Shown piece after piece: positions 51,524-62,223 of a DNA stretch of 64,000 bases; position 1 is the stretch's first letter, and each line of letters opens with the position of its first letter. The position numbers and the translations under genes were made by a program. Source of the DNA: Nitrososphaeria archaeon (GTDB lineage Archaea > Thermoproteota > Nitrososphaeria > JACIWG01). Under the pieces are notes generated by a model, which was not told where the DNA came from, did no database searches, and worked only from the letters and a program-made list of their open reading frames with translations. The DNA lies in NCBI GenBank assembly GCA_963752255.1, contig CAVVXT010000019.1, positions 416,001 to 480,000 on the forward strand, in the 5' to 3' direction.

Positions 51524-52366
51524 TTGTCGTTTGAGATACAGGAGCTACTTGACATAATAAAGATAATTACGCTTGTTAGACTCGCTGATGAAGAAAATTT
51601 AGATAAGAACATCCTGAAAAATCAGTTAGATAATTATTGCTCAGGCTACATCTGTGTCGAAACAAAAGACGTTGATGAAGCGTTAAATGAATTAGGTAGG
51701 GAAGGTCTTGTTATCGAACAAAATAATGTGCTCAAACCGACGGAAAAAGGTGTCCAGCTGGGCAAAGAATGGCAAAACCTGCTTCTGAAAAAAGAGCCGA
51801 TTTTGGAGGTTGTAGCAGGTCTAACCGATGGTTCAATTGCGAGCTTAGTGGTCATACTTTCTACACTTCTTGCAGGACTGACGACTGGTACAGCAGCGTT
51901 TGCGGCAGTCCTGAGTTTAACGTCAGTAGCGGTAACGAACTTTTCAAGCTTTCTTCTAGGTGGTAGAACAGAGGATATCGCAGACCTTTTAACTCTCAAG
52001 AATCTGATGGACTACAGCCTCAGCGACATACCAGACAAGATCGAGAGAGAAAAATCGCTTAAATTGCTCGAACATATGTTCAAATTGCTGAACAAAGAGA
52101 GGAGAAGGACGAACCTGTTCGCCGCCATAATTTCAGGAGTAACCACCTTTGTTGCTGGCCTAGTACCGATAGTCACTTTTCTCACACTGCCTAAGCCATT
52201 CAACCTGATCACATCGCTGGGAGTTGTTGTTGGGATAGCGGGCTTCTTCCTAGTCAGATATAGATCCAAGAGGGCTAAGATTCACTGGGGGATAACACTG
52301 ATCGAGACAATAGTTATAATTGCAGTCGCAGTTGTTGTATCACTGCTTATAGGACACGGGTTCTAA
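51524..52366 (+). CDS. wHTH-VIT1/CCC1-like membrane protein fusion
   Basis: N-terminal ALNELGREGLV...PTEKG wHTH; VVAGLTDG and multi-TM VIT1/CCC1-like pattern. Confidence 0.65.
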   Translation: MSFEIQELLDIIKIITLVRLADEENLDKNILKNQLDNYCSGYICVETKDVDEALNELGREGLVIEQNNVLKPTEKGVQLGKEWQNLLLKKEPILEVVAGLTDGSIASLVVILSTLLAGLTTGTAAFAAVLSLTSVAVTNFSSFLLGGRTEDIADLLTLKNLMDYSLSDIPDKIEREKSLKLLEHMFKLLNKERRRTNLFAAIISGVTTFVAGLVPIVTFLTLPKPFNLITSLGVVVGIAGFFLVRYRSKRAKIHWGITLIETIVIIAVAVVVSLLIGHGF

Positions 52367-52388
52367 AGACAAAATAAATAGATAAATA

Positions 52389-53219
52389 TTGGTAAATTTT
52401 TCAAAAATCAATGATAGCATGATAGAAGTCAAGGAGCTAAACGCAAATCTGGAGCCCCTTTTCTACGAACATATTTCGAATGATGTACCTAACTATTATT
52501 TTTTCATACTAGATTGGAAGTATAACCGGCAAGATACAAAAATATTGATAGCACAGGAAAATGGAAAAATCAGGGGAACGATGATAGTTTTTAAGAATCA
52601 AATCATCTCAATAAGGGGGAGTTTAAACGCAGCCGAATCATTATTGGACAGAATTGACTTGGATGATGTTGAAGCAAATTGCTACGAAGAACACAAATCG
52701 ATACTGCTTAAGAAATACGAACCTATGATGGAGCATAAGTTGACGTTGATGAAACTTGAAAATGTAGCCGACAGTGTCCACCCAAAATACCCTTTAACAA
52801 AGCTGGTCACAGATGATTCAGAAGAAACATCAAAAATTATAATGGAATCTTTGCCAATTCATTGGGGCCAGGTTACAGCAGAGGAAATATATTCAAGAAT
52901 AAATGAAGGTGACCCATGTTATTGCATTAAAGAAGACGACAGAATAGTTTCTGTCGCGTTGGCAAAAGAAAAGGACTTCGGGGAAACGATCGGCATAGTA
53001 GGTTACATAAATGCAGTTGCAACAGTCAAGGACTACAGGAACAGAGGATATGCTACATCGATGGTTTACTAGTTATCAAGGAAGCTCCTTGAAAGATCAA
53101 AATACGTGCTACTATCCGTATTAAGCGATAACATTCCAGCTTTTACAGCATATTCTAGAGTCGGGTTTAAACCCGTAAGAAGCTATTATTTTATGAGGGG
53201 ACATAAGATAATGGGCTAA
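52389..53219 (+). pseudogene. GNAT acetyltransferase with an in-frame TAG at 53070-53072
   Basis: VATVKDYRNRGYA motif A before the TAG; continuation LSRKLL...VLSDNIPAFTAYSRVGF supplies motif B and ends TAA 53219. Confidence 0.8.
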
Positions 53220-54775
53220 GACGAACTTGGGACTCTTAGGTCTATTTCCTTTCCGCTTCTACCATCAACCCAGACTAACCTTTTTTTATCTTCCAAAACC
53301 AATTCAACTCTGTATACTGGATAGAGGAAAGGCTTGAACTCTAGAAGATCGGAGCCTGGAAAAAGACCTTTGATAGCTTCACGAACTTCAGCTTCTTTTA
53401 ATTTAACGCTTACAACTTCAGCTTTCTGTGTGCTAATGTTTTCTAGAATCAACGTTTTCTCTTCTAAGTCGATCTTAGGTAATTCTACTATACGATGGTA
53501 CCGTCTTAATCTACCATCCTTGTAGGAGCTGATGAGCCTCTTCTTTTCTAAGGACTTTAGCAGACTACGCATTATGGGCTCTGAAACTTTCAATTCACCT
53601 GATATATCAATCAACGTGGAATCTTTATCTGGACTAAGCAACTTCAAAACCTCGATATGTTGTCGGCTCAAACCGATGAGCTGTTCAATTCCCTCCTTGG
53701 AAACTAATCCATCCTCGAGCATGACATATCTTCCGGTTACACCATCTGATATAAAGAACCTGTTCTCGAACCTTTTCCTAAGCAACCCAGTTCTAATGCT
53801 AACAGTTAGCTGAATCAAAGGGTTAAAGATCAGCTGAACACTGGAAACCTCTTCATGTTCTCCGAAAAAGATAAACCGCTTTTCCTTCTTGACAATAGAT
53901 GGCACATCGTTTAAGCCTATCAGTGGAGGAAGCCCAAGAAAGTTCTTCTCTGTTTTTAGGCTGCGAAGTTTTTTGAGAACTTCCTCAGAGTGTTGGATGA
54001 CACGATCCTTAAGTTTAGGGGTTATTCCCTCATGCCGTGTTTCCCTTAACCTGATCCTGACAGAAACGGGAGTGAGTGAAAAACCTCCAAGTGCATAGAA
54101 AACGCCTGGGGGAAGGGTTGTTAGCTGTTTTGGCAGACTATATCCAAGGAAAAACTGGGCGACCGACTCTAAATCGTTCTTTATATTTAGCTTTCCTATT
54201 AGCTGATTTGAGCACTGACTCAAGACATTTTTGTCTACAAGAGAGGGCCTCTGTGTGCAGAGCATTAGGCCAAGGCCACGCTTTCGTCCCCTCCTAGCCA
54301 CTTCTTCAATAATTTTGAGCCGTTCTCCTGCCTGCGGAATAAACTTGTCCGCTTCTTCAAGAACTATAAGATAGGGTGTCCTTCTGACAGAAACCTCTTT
54401 AAACATTTCAGAAAGAAACTCGCCCACCTTTCCTTTGGGATCTTCTGCCTCTGATACATCGAGGATTAAGGGGGAAATGTCGAGAGCCTGTCCAGCCAGT
54501 TCTTTGATGTTTAAGGCGCTCCAATTTAAATCGCATTTTTCGTCCTCTCCAACCCATATCATCTCATACTTTTCTTTCAGCCCAGAATACTCTCCTTCGA
54601 TATCTATGAGAGCAAATGGAACTCCAGCCTTACAGAGCTCCTCACAGAAGACGCCGACGGCATAACTCTTGCCACTTCCACTGGAGCCTATTATACAAGT
54701 CCTGCCAGTTACTATTAGATCAGCGTCGACTTGGAATATTTTCTCTCCATGAAAGCCCACATTTAGTAATGGCAC
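53216..54775 (-). CDS. HerA/DUF87-family ATPase with a C-terminal wHTH-containing region
   Basis: GSSGSGKS, IDIEGEY, LEEADKF, RRGRKRGLG and TQRPS motifs; later HTH (TLIDISGEL...LKSLEKKRLI). Confidence 0.85.
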   Translation of the reverse strand: MPLLNVGFHGEKIFQVDADLIVTGRTCIIGSSGSGKSYAVGVFCEELCKAGVPFALIDIEGEYSGLKEKYEMIWVGEDEKCDLNWSALNIKELAGQALDISPLILDVSEAEDPKGKVGEFLSEMFKEVSVRRTPYLIVLEEADKFIPQAGERLKIIEEVARRGRKRGLGLMLCTQRPSLVDKNVLSQCSNQLIGKLNIKNDLESVAQFFLGYSLPKQLTTLPPGVFYALGGFSLTPVSVRIRLRETRHEGITPKLKDRVIQHSEEVLKKLRSLKTEKNFLGLPPLIGLNDVPSIVKKEKRFIFFGEHEEVSSVQLIFNPLIQLTVSIRTGLLRKRFENRFFISDGVTGRYVMLEDGLVSKEGIEQLIGLSRQHIEVLKLLSPDKDSTLIDISGELKVSEPIMRSLLKSLEKKRLISSYKDGRLRRYHRIVELPKIDLEEKTLILENISTQKAEVVSVKLKEAEVREAIKGLFPGSDLLEFKPFLYPVYRVELVLEDKKRLVWVDGRSGKEIDLRVPSSS

Positions 54776-54880
54776 ACGAGAGAATCACATAAAGTTGGTA
54801 ATAACTCTTTCTTCTCATAACCATCGGTAATTATTTTGTGAAAGGTAATAATTTTATACAGCTCAAACTATTACTCGTAT

Positions 54881-55453
54881 ATGATATATGTATTAGGCGT
54901 TTGCGGAAGCCCCAGAATTGGAGGGAACACTGAAAGACTTGTGCTGGAAGCTCTGAAAGCTGTAGAAGAGGAAGGAGCTCGGACAGAGCTGGTGAGGCTC
55001 GCTGACAAAGAAATCAAACCTTGTGATGACTGTAGGTCGTGCAAGACCACAGGACAATGTCGTATAAAGGACGATTTTACTGCCGTCTATAAGAAAATGA
55101 TTAAAGCAGACGGTATTATATTATCGTCTCCAGTTTATTTTGGGTCAGCTACCCCCCAGATAAAGGCTTTAATTGACCGAGCTGGCACACTATCGAACCG
55201 TACAGGAAGGGTTTTCGAAAACAAAGTTGGCGGTGCTTTGGTTGTCGCGAGGAGAGCGGGCCAAAACTTCACATTTGCCCAGCTCCTGTTCTTCTTTCTG
55301 CACCAAGGAATGATCGTACCCGGTTCTACATACTGGAACATCGCCTTCGGCAGGGAAAAAGGTGAAGTAGCCAAAGACGAGGAGGGAATTCAGACGGCGA
55401 GAAACTTTGGAAAAAGAATGGTCTGGCTAATTAAGAAGATCAAGACCGAATAG
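54881..55453 (+). CDS. Iron-sulfur flavoprotein / flavodoxin family
   Basis: GSPRIGGNT, CDDCRSC...C..KDD and SPVYFG motifs. Confidence 0.92.
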   Translation: MIYVLGVCGSPRIGGNTERLVLEALKAVEEEGARTELVRLADKEIKPCDDCRSCKTTGQCRIKDDFTAVYKKMIKADGIILSSPVYFGSATPQIKALIDRAGTLSNRTGRVFENKVGGALVVARRAGQNFTFAQLLFFFLHQGMIVPGSTYWNIAFGREKGEVAKDEEGIQTARNFGKRMVWLIKKIKTE

Positions 55454-55508
55454 TCGCTGTCGCTTTGCAGAGGTCACTATAGGGAAAAAGTTATACGCAA
55501 TATCATGG

Positions 55509-56081
55509 TTGATCAAAATCGACAGATATATGGAAGCAAAGATTATAGTGGATGCAGCCGAGATACTTAAGAACATGCCGAGGACTGGCTGGCTGCAGAA
55601 CGGTGTTCCATCCTACGAGGCGGAAACAGTCGCAGAACACACCTTCGAGGTCGTAACCATCTTGACCATCTTCTCATATGCATCGGAAGAGGCGTTCGAT
55701 AACGAGAAGATGCTGATCATGGGCATAATACATGACCTAAGCGAATCAGTGTCAGGCGATATGCCACGAGGGCTCACGCAAAGAATAGGTAAGGAGTCTA
55801 AGAGCAGGACGGAAAAGGAGATAATAAAAGAAATCGCGGTCGCTGGTGGACTAGCTGAATTGGAAAAAAATTTCAATGAATACGAGGAAGGTAAGAGTGT
55901 AGAAGCTATACTCGTGAAGATTGCTGATAGGGTGTCAACTATAAGACAGGCGAAAATATACTCTAAAAGAGGTTACAATGTAAGAAATATTGAGGAAGGA
56001 TACAAAGAGGAACTGAAGAGCTTACTGCAGAAGGTACCATATAAGAAGATTAGGAAAATCGTAACCGAACTCATAGAATAA
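55509..56081 (+). CDS. HD-domain 5'-deoxynucleotidase-like hydrolase
   Basis: RTGW, ETVAEH, HDLSES..GD and KIAD motifs. Confidence 0.88.
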   Translation: MIKIDRYMEAKIIVDAAEILKNMPRTGWLQNGVPSYEAETVAEHTFEVVTILTIFSYASEEAFDNEKMLIMGIIHDLSESVSGDMPRGLTQRIGKESKSRTEKEIIKEIAVAGGLAELEKNFNEYEEGKSVEAILVKIADRVSTIRQAKIYSKRGYNVRNIEEGYKEELKSLLQKVPYKKIRKIVTELIE

Positions 56082-56119
56082 ACGTATAATTCAAAAATTT
56101 TAAGAATAACGATTATCCT

Positions 56120-57217
56120 TCAGTAAATAAGCGAGCCAACTCTGTTCCCAGACAACGCTTCCTTAATGTCTAAGGAAATTCTCCTTCCGGTTGACATAGG
56201 TTCATTAAATATGTAAGGTGTATATGGGGAGCCTTCAGGATAAAGGTTAGTACCGGCAACGATGCGCGCAGAAACTTCAAAGACTATGAAACCTCTACTT
56301 GGATTATAGACTGTTTCTATGCAGAAGGGCCCAATAAGTCCAGGTGGAAACAGCTTGATGGAAGCCTCGATCAATCTAGCGCCTATAGCTAAGACGTCGG
56401 GTAGAAGACTCTCTCTGACGACAACAGGCTGGTTTCCTGACACCGTATAGTCAAGGTAATCGGGGATGATTTCAGGCAGCCCTCTATATATCTCATCTAT
56501 AGGCTCCAGTCGTCTATCCATGCTCATCAGCTCCAAGCCACCCGTAGACAGCTTTAGCCCCCTTGATCCTGCTAGGCTATAGAAGTAATGCGGGTAGTAA
56601 CGTGTTCCAGCTATGAACTCCTGGATAAACGTTTTATCTTCAGGTTTGATCACACCCTCGCGCACCTTTCCTGCAAGCTTTTCACGGAATTCATTAAAAT
56701 TCTTGACCCTAAAATAGCCCTTGCCACCCCTAGCACCATAGACCTTAACAAAGGCGTATGTGTCGATCTTCGAAGGGTCGTCGAAAACCTTCGGAAATTG
56801 CAGACTCGCTTCCCTGAACCATTCCAGCTGCTTCTCTCTATCGCTCTCCCACTCAAGGACTTTCCTGTTGCCGTACATTGGGACATAGAAAGAGTCTTGC
56901 AGGTTTTTAGCTCCGACATATTCTACAAATGAACCGTGAGCGATAATAATCGCATTGGAGCCAACAAGCCTCTCCTGGACTTCTGCTTCTAGAACATCCC
57001 GATAATTGTCCACGATAATAAACTCATCTGGGGAAGCTTCAGGGAACGCTTTATAGAACTGTACCCTATCCTTTAGACAGATTCCCAAGGTTCTGAACCC
57101 TTCTTTCTTCGCACCATGGAAGATCTGGAGAGCGGAATGAGAACATATTGTCGCTATAGAAATCTTCTTCTGATCGTACTTGGACAGCGTCTGAAGTATT
57201 TCTTTCCTATTTATCAT
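56120..57217 (-). CDS. purP: FAICAR synthetase PurP
   Basis: CSHSALQI..GAK.EGF, HGSFVEY, GPFCIE, FEVSARIVAGTN and MSTGRRI motifs. Confidence 0.92.
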   Translation of the reverse strand: MINRKEILQTLSKYDQKKISIATICSHSALQIFHGAKKEGFRTLGICLKDRVQFYKAFPEASPDEFIIVDNYRDVLEAEVQERLVGSNAIIIAHGSFVEYVGAKNLQDSFYVPMYGNRKVLEWESDREKQLEWFREASLQFPKVFDDPSKIDTYAFVKVYGARGGKGYFRVKNFNEFREKLAGKVREGVIKPEDKTFIQEFIAGTRYYPHYFYSLAGSRGLKLSTGGLELMSMDRRLEPIDEIYRGLPEIIPDYLDYTVSGNQPVVVRESLLPDVLAIGARLIEASIKLFPPGLIGPFCIETVYNPSRGFIVFEVSARIVAGTNLYPEGSPYTPYIFNEPMSTGRRISLDIKEALSGNRVGSLIY

Positions 57218-58392
57218 GTAATTATCTCCTCCAACCTGTCCCTCTTAACAGCATAACTAATCTCCAACATGGAGAAGTCTAGCACGGACTCGAAATTCTG
57301 CACCTTCAACTTCAGATCAGCTATCTGAGACCTGTACTTGAGGAGTAATCTTCTCATTTCAGGAGATGTAGGCCCGATTCCAGGTGAGCCGGGTATGCGT
57401 GGACTAACGTCGAAGATAAAAAAATCTAACCTCTTACCCTCTGGATCTTCTGGATCATAGGCTATGGCGCCTTGGAGGGCAAACGGTCCAACAAGTCCTG
57501 GAGGATAGGCTTTTTTACAGACGGCAAGGAACTTCGACGCAGAATTATAGGCGAGAGGCTTCTGTGATTCGCGCATTGTTACACCGAAGTGGCCTATCTC
57601 CTCGTTCTTTACGTCAACCTCAAGCTCCAGTTGTTCCCGAGCGGTTAAATTCAGTATTCCCTGAAGGTTCACTTGCCTTCTGTCGTCAAATCCTAAAAAG
57701 TCAAAATCCCCGAAAACATCGTCCAGAGCCCAAGCTTGAAAGTTGGCGTTAAACCTCGGCCCCAGGACAAATTCCTCTATCACAGCATCCTTTAGGTCCC
57801 CAAGGTCTATTATATTCCTGGAAGAAAGTTCCTTAGCCTTCACCCAGTATTGATCAACGTTCTTAGCCGTAAAGAAGGCACGTTCAAGGGGCTTAGCCTT
57901 CTGACACACCTTCACTAAAACAAGCCTATCTATATCGTCAGGCTTGCTAAACCTCTTAGGCGTTCTTACGCCAGCTTCCTCTAGAAGCCAGTACTGGTTC
58001 TTTGACAACTTTCTATCTTCGGTCTTGAGCATGAACCTGTTGCCATAGATTGGAACTCGGAAATTGTCTTCAATATTCTTGCATCCTACGTAAACAGAAA
58101 ATGATCTGTTAGGCAGAAAGATTGTGTTCAGACGACGAAGCTCATCCTGAACCTCCCTATTTATGATATCTGAAAAGGAGTTTAAGACGATGCTATGGTC
58201 AAAGACGTGCCTGTTGAATTTTATGTAAAGGTCTTCTCTCCCTTTCTGACAGACTACTACCGTTGGAAAGCCAAAAATCTTTGCCGCAACACCGACTTCT
58301 TCTGCGGAATGTGATCCTAGAACGCCTATAGTAATCTTCTTGTTATCGTAGCTCTCTAAGGTTTTCTTTAGATCATCTATCTTTAGGACCAA
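57214..58392 (-). CDS. PurP-like ATP-grasp paralog (DUF1246/DUF1297)
   Basis: GSHSA, PNRSFSVY, ERAFF, GPFALQ and DVSPRIPGSP motifs. Confidence 0.88.
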   Translation of the reverse strand: MVLKIDDLKKTLESYDNKKITIGVLGSHSAEEVGVAAKIFGFPTVVVCQKGREDLYIKFNRHVFDHSIVLNSFSDIINREVQDELRRLNTIFLPNRSFSVYVGCKNIEDNFRVPIYGNRFMLKTEDRKLSKNQYWLLEEAGVRTPKRFSKPDDIDRLVLVKVCQKAKPLERAFFTAKNVDQYWVKAKELSSRNIIDLGDLKDAVIEEFVLGPRFNANFQAWALDDVFGDFDFLGFDDRRQVNLQGILNLTAREQLELEVDVKNEEIGHFGVTMRESQKPLAYNSASKFLAVCKKAYPPGLVGPFALQGAIAYDPEDPEGKRLDFFIFDVSPRIPGSPGIGPTSPEMRRLLLKYRSQIADLKLKVQNFESVLDFSMLEISYAVKRDRLEEIIT

Positions 58393-58488
58393 GTTAACCT
58401 TCTCTTAACCGAAAATGGTTCCCTTAAGTACTATTAAGCGTTATTCCCAAACATGATTAGATATCAGCTGAGTAAAAGGTTAAAGGAA

Positions 58489-58980
58489 TCAGCTAAGGTC
58501 CTTTATCTTTTCTATCACGTCTACCCAATTTCTAACATCTTCACCATACTTTAGATAGTTGACATAACCTACAGCTTCCCTGATTTCAGTAAGATATGTA
58601 TCGTTATCATCTATGAACAAAATTTCTCTTGGCAGGATGCTGATCCCTTTCCGGCCTAAGTTCATAATTATCTTTTGCACCATAAGGTACTTGTTTGGAT
58701 GGGGCTCAGCAATAGGGCACACGAAATATTTATCCACATCATATAAAGAAAAAAGTTCAAAGACATTTTCTGGCTCGTTCCAACTTGCTAAAGATAAGAA
58801 AATTTTATTTTCGCTAACAAAGTCCAAGAAAGCCCTAAAACCTTGATGCAATTCAACCCTTGACCCATTCACATCTTGAGCGACATCTCGTGATATTAGC
58901 TTAATTGGGGCTATCAACGAGCTAACGCTATGATGAGTCCATATCGTCCTGTCGGCATCGATAATGACGAGCTTTATCAT
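58489..58980 (-). CDS. Magnesium-dependent phosphatase-1 (HAD IIIC)
   Basis: DADRTIW, ASWN, EPHPNK and FIDD motifs. Confidence 0.85.
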   Translation of the reverse strand: MIKLVIIDADRTIWTHHSVSSLIAPIKLISRDVAQDVNGSRVELHQGFRAFLDFVSENKIFLSLASWNEPENVFELFSLYDVDKYFVCPIAEPHPNKYLMVQKIIMNLGRKGISILPREILFIDDNDTYLTEIREAVGYVNYLKYGEDVRNWVDVIEKIKDLS

Positions 58981-59085
58981 TTCACACCCTTACGATTTTA
59001 TCTGACTTAAATCTTGTCAAAGATCCGATAAGAATTATATACACCCCATCTAGATGTAGATACTTTCATAAGAAAGGGACACAAA

Positions 59086-59793
59086 ATGAACGAGAACCAT
59101 ATAAAAGCTGTAATGTTCGACTTTGGTGATACTTTAGCATATGGACTAAAAGAAGACTATGTAACCTACCACCTTATCTTCGAAGAGCTTGGATATGTGA
59201 CTGAATTATCGGAGTTCAAAAAAAGATATGATGAAGCCTTGGAATGGATGCTGGTAGAAAGAAAAAAAGGCAGAATATGGACCGAAGAAACAAGAGCGGA
59301 CTTTGTCAACAGGATATTAACGAGCCTGAAGTTACCATCGCCAAGCAGAGTTATTTCAAAAATGATAGAAATATTTCCATACAGGGTCCAGTTAAAAGCA
59401 TTTGAAGATGTAGAACCAACTTTATCTCAACTAAGACATAGAAAATTTAAGCTCGTTATCTGTTCAAACGTATCATCGGAGAGAAATCTGAGAATTTTCC
59501 TTAAGTCAGTAAATTTGGAATCTTACTTTGACATAATTGTGGCCTCAGGAACAGTGGGGTACGAGAAGCCAGATCCAGAGATTTTCAAAATAGCCTCAAA
59601 ACTATCCAATACACGACCTGAAAAGATGATTCACATAGGAGACTTATATGAATACGATTACGTTGGTGCTGAATCCGCGGGGATGCAAGCCCTCCTGATA
59701 GATAGAAATGAAAAGTATAAAGGTAAAAAAATCAATGTGATCTATAAACTGGATGATGTATTCGATTACATTTCAAATGGACTAAAAGCCTAG
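59086..59793 (+). CDS. HAD-IA family hydrolase
   Basis: FDFGDTL, CSN, EKPDPEIF and HIGD...D motifs. Confidence 0.9.
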   Translation: MNENHIKAVMFDFGDTLAYGLKEDYVTYHLIFEELGYVTELSEFKKRYDEALEWMLVERKKGRIWTEETRADFVNRILTSLKLPSPSRVISKMIEIFPYRVQLKAFEDVEPTLSQLRHRKFKLVICSNVSSERNLRIFLKSVNLESYFDIIVASGTVGYEKPDPEIFKIASKLSNTRPEKMIHIGDLYEYDYVGAESAGMQALLIDRNEKYKGKKINVIYKLDDVFDYISNGLKA

Positions 59794-60420
59794 ACTTTCC
59801 CCTACGATCACAACATGATAGTCTGTAAAAGACGGCCTTCCTTCAAGTATTAAAGTAGCTTTACATATGCTTTTCTCCGGAGGACATTCGGAACAGAAAC
59901 CGTCAGTTACACAGGGAGTATCCCTGTTAAACCGCTTAGCATTCATGGGAGCGGCCACGTTCTTAATCCTCCAAATAGCCGCCTCTAAATCTTTCACTAT
60001 CTTGTTCACACCTACTACTATTATTGTCCTCTTAGGTCCGAAGCTCATCGCAGCAACCCTATTGCCACCGCCATCGATATTCACCAATTTACCATCTATT
60101 GTTACAGCATTAGCGCTGGCTAAGAGCACGTCAGAAGTTAGGGTTTCCCGTCTTGTTTCAAAGGTAGACTTGGAACTAGGTGCGTCATGAATGAGTACTG
60201 AGAATCCCTTTTTAGAGAGAAGCGCAGGTAGTTCGAGTTCACGGATTGTCAAGGAACCAGCAGTTGCAACCTTTGCGCCTTCAGGTATAAGCTCTAAAAC
60301 CTTCTTAATGGCTTCTTCCCTCGTCTTTGTGTAATATGCGTTGAAACCGTTATCCTTCAAAGAGCTGACAACCCTATTAGCAACAGCTTCTTTATGCCAT
60401 TCCTTTATGTTCTCTAACAT
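59782..60420 (-). CDS. LUD domain (lactate utilisation) protein
   Basis: SANAVT.DG.LVNIDGGGNRVAA..FGP, GVNKIV and C...C..C. Confidence 0.88.
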   Translation of the reverse strand: MLENIKEWHKEAVANRVVSSLKDNGFNAYYTKTREEAIKKVLELIPEGAKVATAGSLTIRELELPALLSKKGFSVLIHDAPSSKSTFETRRETLTSDVLLASANAVTIDGKLVNIDGGGNRVAAMSFGPKRTIIVVGVNKIVKDLEAAIWRIKNVAAPMNAKRFNRDTPCVTDGFCSECPPEKSICKATLILEGRPSFTDYHVVIVGESLGF

Positions 60421-60945
60421 ACATTTTGGGAGAATATCAGGATTTTTAAGTTTTTAGAAAAAAACATCTTCTTTTTTTACCATACCTAAAACCAATCGAC
60501 AGGTCATGTCAAATCAAATTGCAAAACTGAATATCTTTGTAATCGCGTTCCCTTCCGCTTTACATTCTTAAATATAATTGTAGAATTTAGTATCAGAGAA
60601 GAAATCGACCATTTCTTAAACTGCATCGTAGAAGACAGACAACCTTCAGTTGCAGGTGAGCAAGCAATAGCTGCCTTGAAGTTACCCTAGCTGCAGATCT
60701 ATTGTAAGGTACAGGCAAACACGTTTTGATATCATGAGTGAGTTCTTTTCTATCATCAATTCTTTGAGGGATTGCAATGCAAATCATCTTAATATCTTTA
60801 AACATAAAGATACTTAAAAAAAGAATATGAAGCCAAGAAGTAGAATCTTTGAAGCACTAATGAGGGAGGACCTGACTGCGTAGATACCGACTAGATGTTG
60901 CGACATTGAACGGAGGTCTCCACCAATTGGATTAAAGAGTTAGAT

Positions 60946-61950
60946 TCATCTATTTCTTCTATTCTTAATCGCGTCAGGATTAAGAGTAAACTTTGGTATT
61001 TCCCCATTCAGCGCTTGTTCTATCTGTTCTTCCGTCAACACATCACTTCTGATGAAATTATCAATACTTGATGATGCAATATGTGGTGTGATTATGACAT
61101 TATCGAGTTTGAACAGTGGATTATCATCTTCGGGAGGCTCCTTTTCCAAGACATCTAATCCTGCAGCAGCTATCCATTTTTCCTTTAAGGCTTTGTAGAG
61201 TGCTAGTTCATCAATTATAGGTCCTCTTGCGGCGTTGATTAGAATAGCATTCTTCTTCATTTTTTTCAACTGTTTTTCCCCGATCATGTGCTTTGTTTCA
61301 TCATTGAGGAAAGTATGTATGGTGACTATGTCTGATGTCTTAAGCAGTTCCTCAAAACCTACCATTTCAACTCCAAGCTGTTTCATTTTTTCCTCCTTTA
61401 CATATGGATCATATGCGATAATCTTCATGTCGAGGCCTGAACATATTTTTGCGACCTTCGAGCCTATTGACCCTAGACCTATGATTCCAAGAGTTTTTCC
61501 ATGAAGTTCGAAGGTATTTTTATCTGAGACATACTTTAACGCTATCTTTGACCATGTTTTCGGCTTTGTGGATCTTACAGCGTCTACAAGCCCTCTGGCA
61601 AGTGCGAAGATCAAGGCCACCGTATGTTCTGCTACCGTTTCCGAATTCAAACCAGTTTGATTAGTAACAAAGATACCAAACTTTGTGGCCTCAGCCATAT
61701 CTACCATATCGTAGCCAACACCATATCTTGCTATTATCTTAAGATTCTTTGCAGCCACAAAGATTTCTTTTGTATAACGTTCTCCACCTGCTATTACGGC
61801 ATCTACATCTTTGATCTCTTTGATCAATTGATCTCTTGTCATATTACCTTTGTAAGGATTAGATCTTATCTCGTACTTCTTTCTGAACTTTTCTGAAAGA
61901 TGAGTACCAAGGATGCCAGTTAAAGCATTTAAAATGACAGGTTTAGTCAT
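60946..61950 (-). CDS. D-isomer-specific 2-hydroxyacid dehydrogenase (phosphoglycerate dehydrogenase-like)
   Basis: RYGVGYD, VAEH, GLGSIG, INAARG, LDV..EP and TPHIAS motifs. Confidence 0.92.
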   Translation of the reverse strand: MTKPVILNALTGILGTHLSEKFRKKYEIRSNPYKGNMTRDQLIKEIKDVDAVIAGGERYTKEIFVAAKNLKIIARYGVGYDMVDMAEATKFGIFVTNQTGLNSETVAEHTVALIFALARGLVDAVRSTKPKTWSKIALKYVSDKNTFELHGKTLGIIGLGSIGSKVAKICSGLDMKIIAYDPYVKEEKMKQLGVEMVGFEELLKTSDIVTIHTFLNDETKHMIGEKQLKKMKKNAILINAARGPIIDELALYKALKEKWIAAAGLDVLEKEPPEDDNPLFKLDNVIITPHIASSSIDNFIRSDVLTEEQIEQALNGEIPKFTLNPDAIKNRRNR

Positions 61951-62223
61951 AACAATTAGTTGGATGAGACTTGATTTTAAGCCTTTCCAACTAATATACT
62001 TGTTAGGTTAAATATAAAAATTGGATAGTAAATCAAGCATACGCTTAAGGTGAGTCTAATTAATTCTTCTAGAGAGATTAGCTCGGCGTTTTATTAGAAA
62101 TCACTTGCCTAACCCAAAATGCCTCTAATTGCTGTTTCTCTTGAGTTCATTATACTATAGTATTCTTTCTATCATGTACATCCCCTTTTATATTAGTTCT
62201 GTAATCTGGGTAGATGGATAAGT

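Noticed and set aside
56120-58392. Tandem purP paralogs as a novel system
   Set aside because: Multiple PurP-like paralogs are a known feature of archaeal purine biosynthesis.
62060-62150. Minus-strand stub MNSRETAIRGILG* resembling a uroporphyrinogen-decarboxylase-family N-terminus
   Set aside because: Too short and degenerate to assign.
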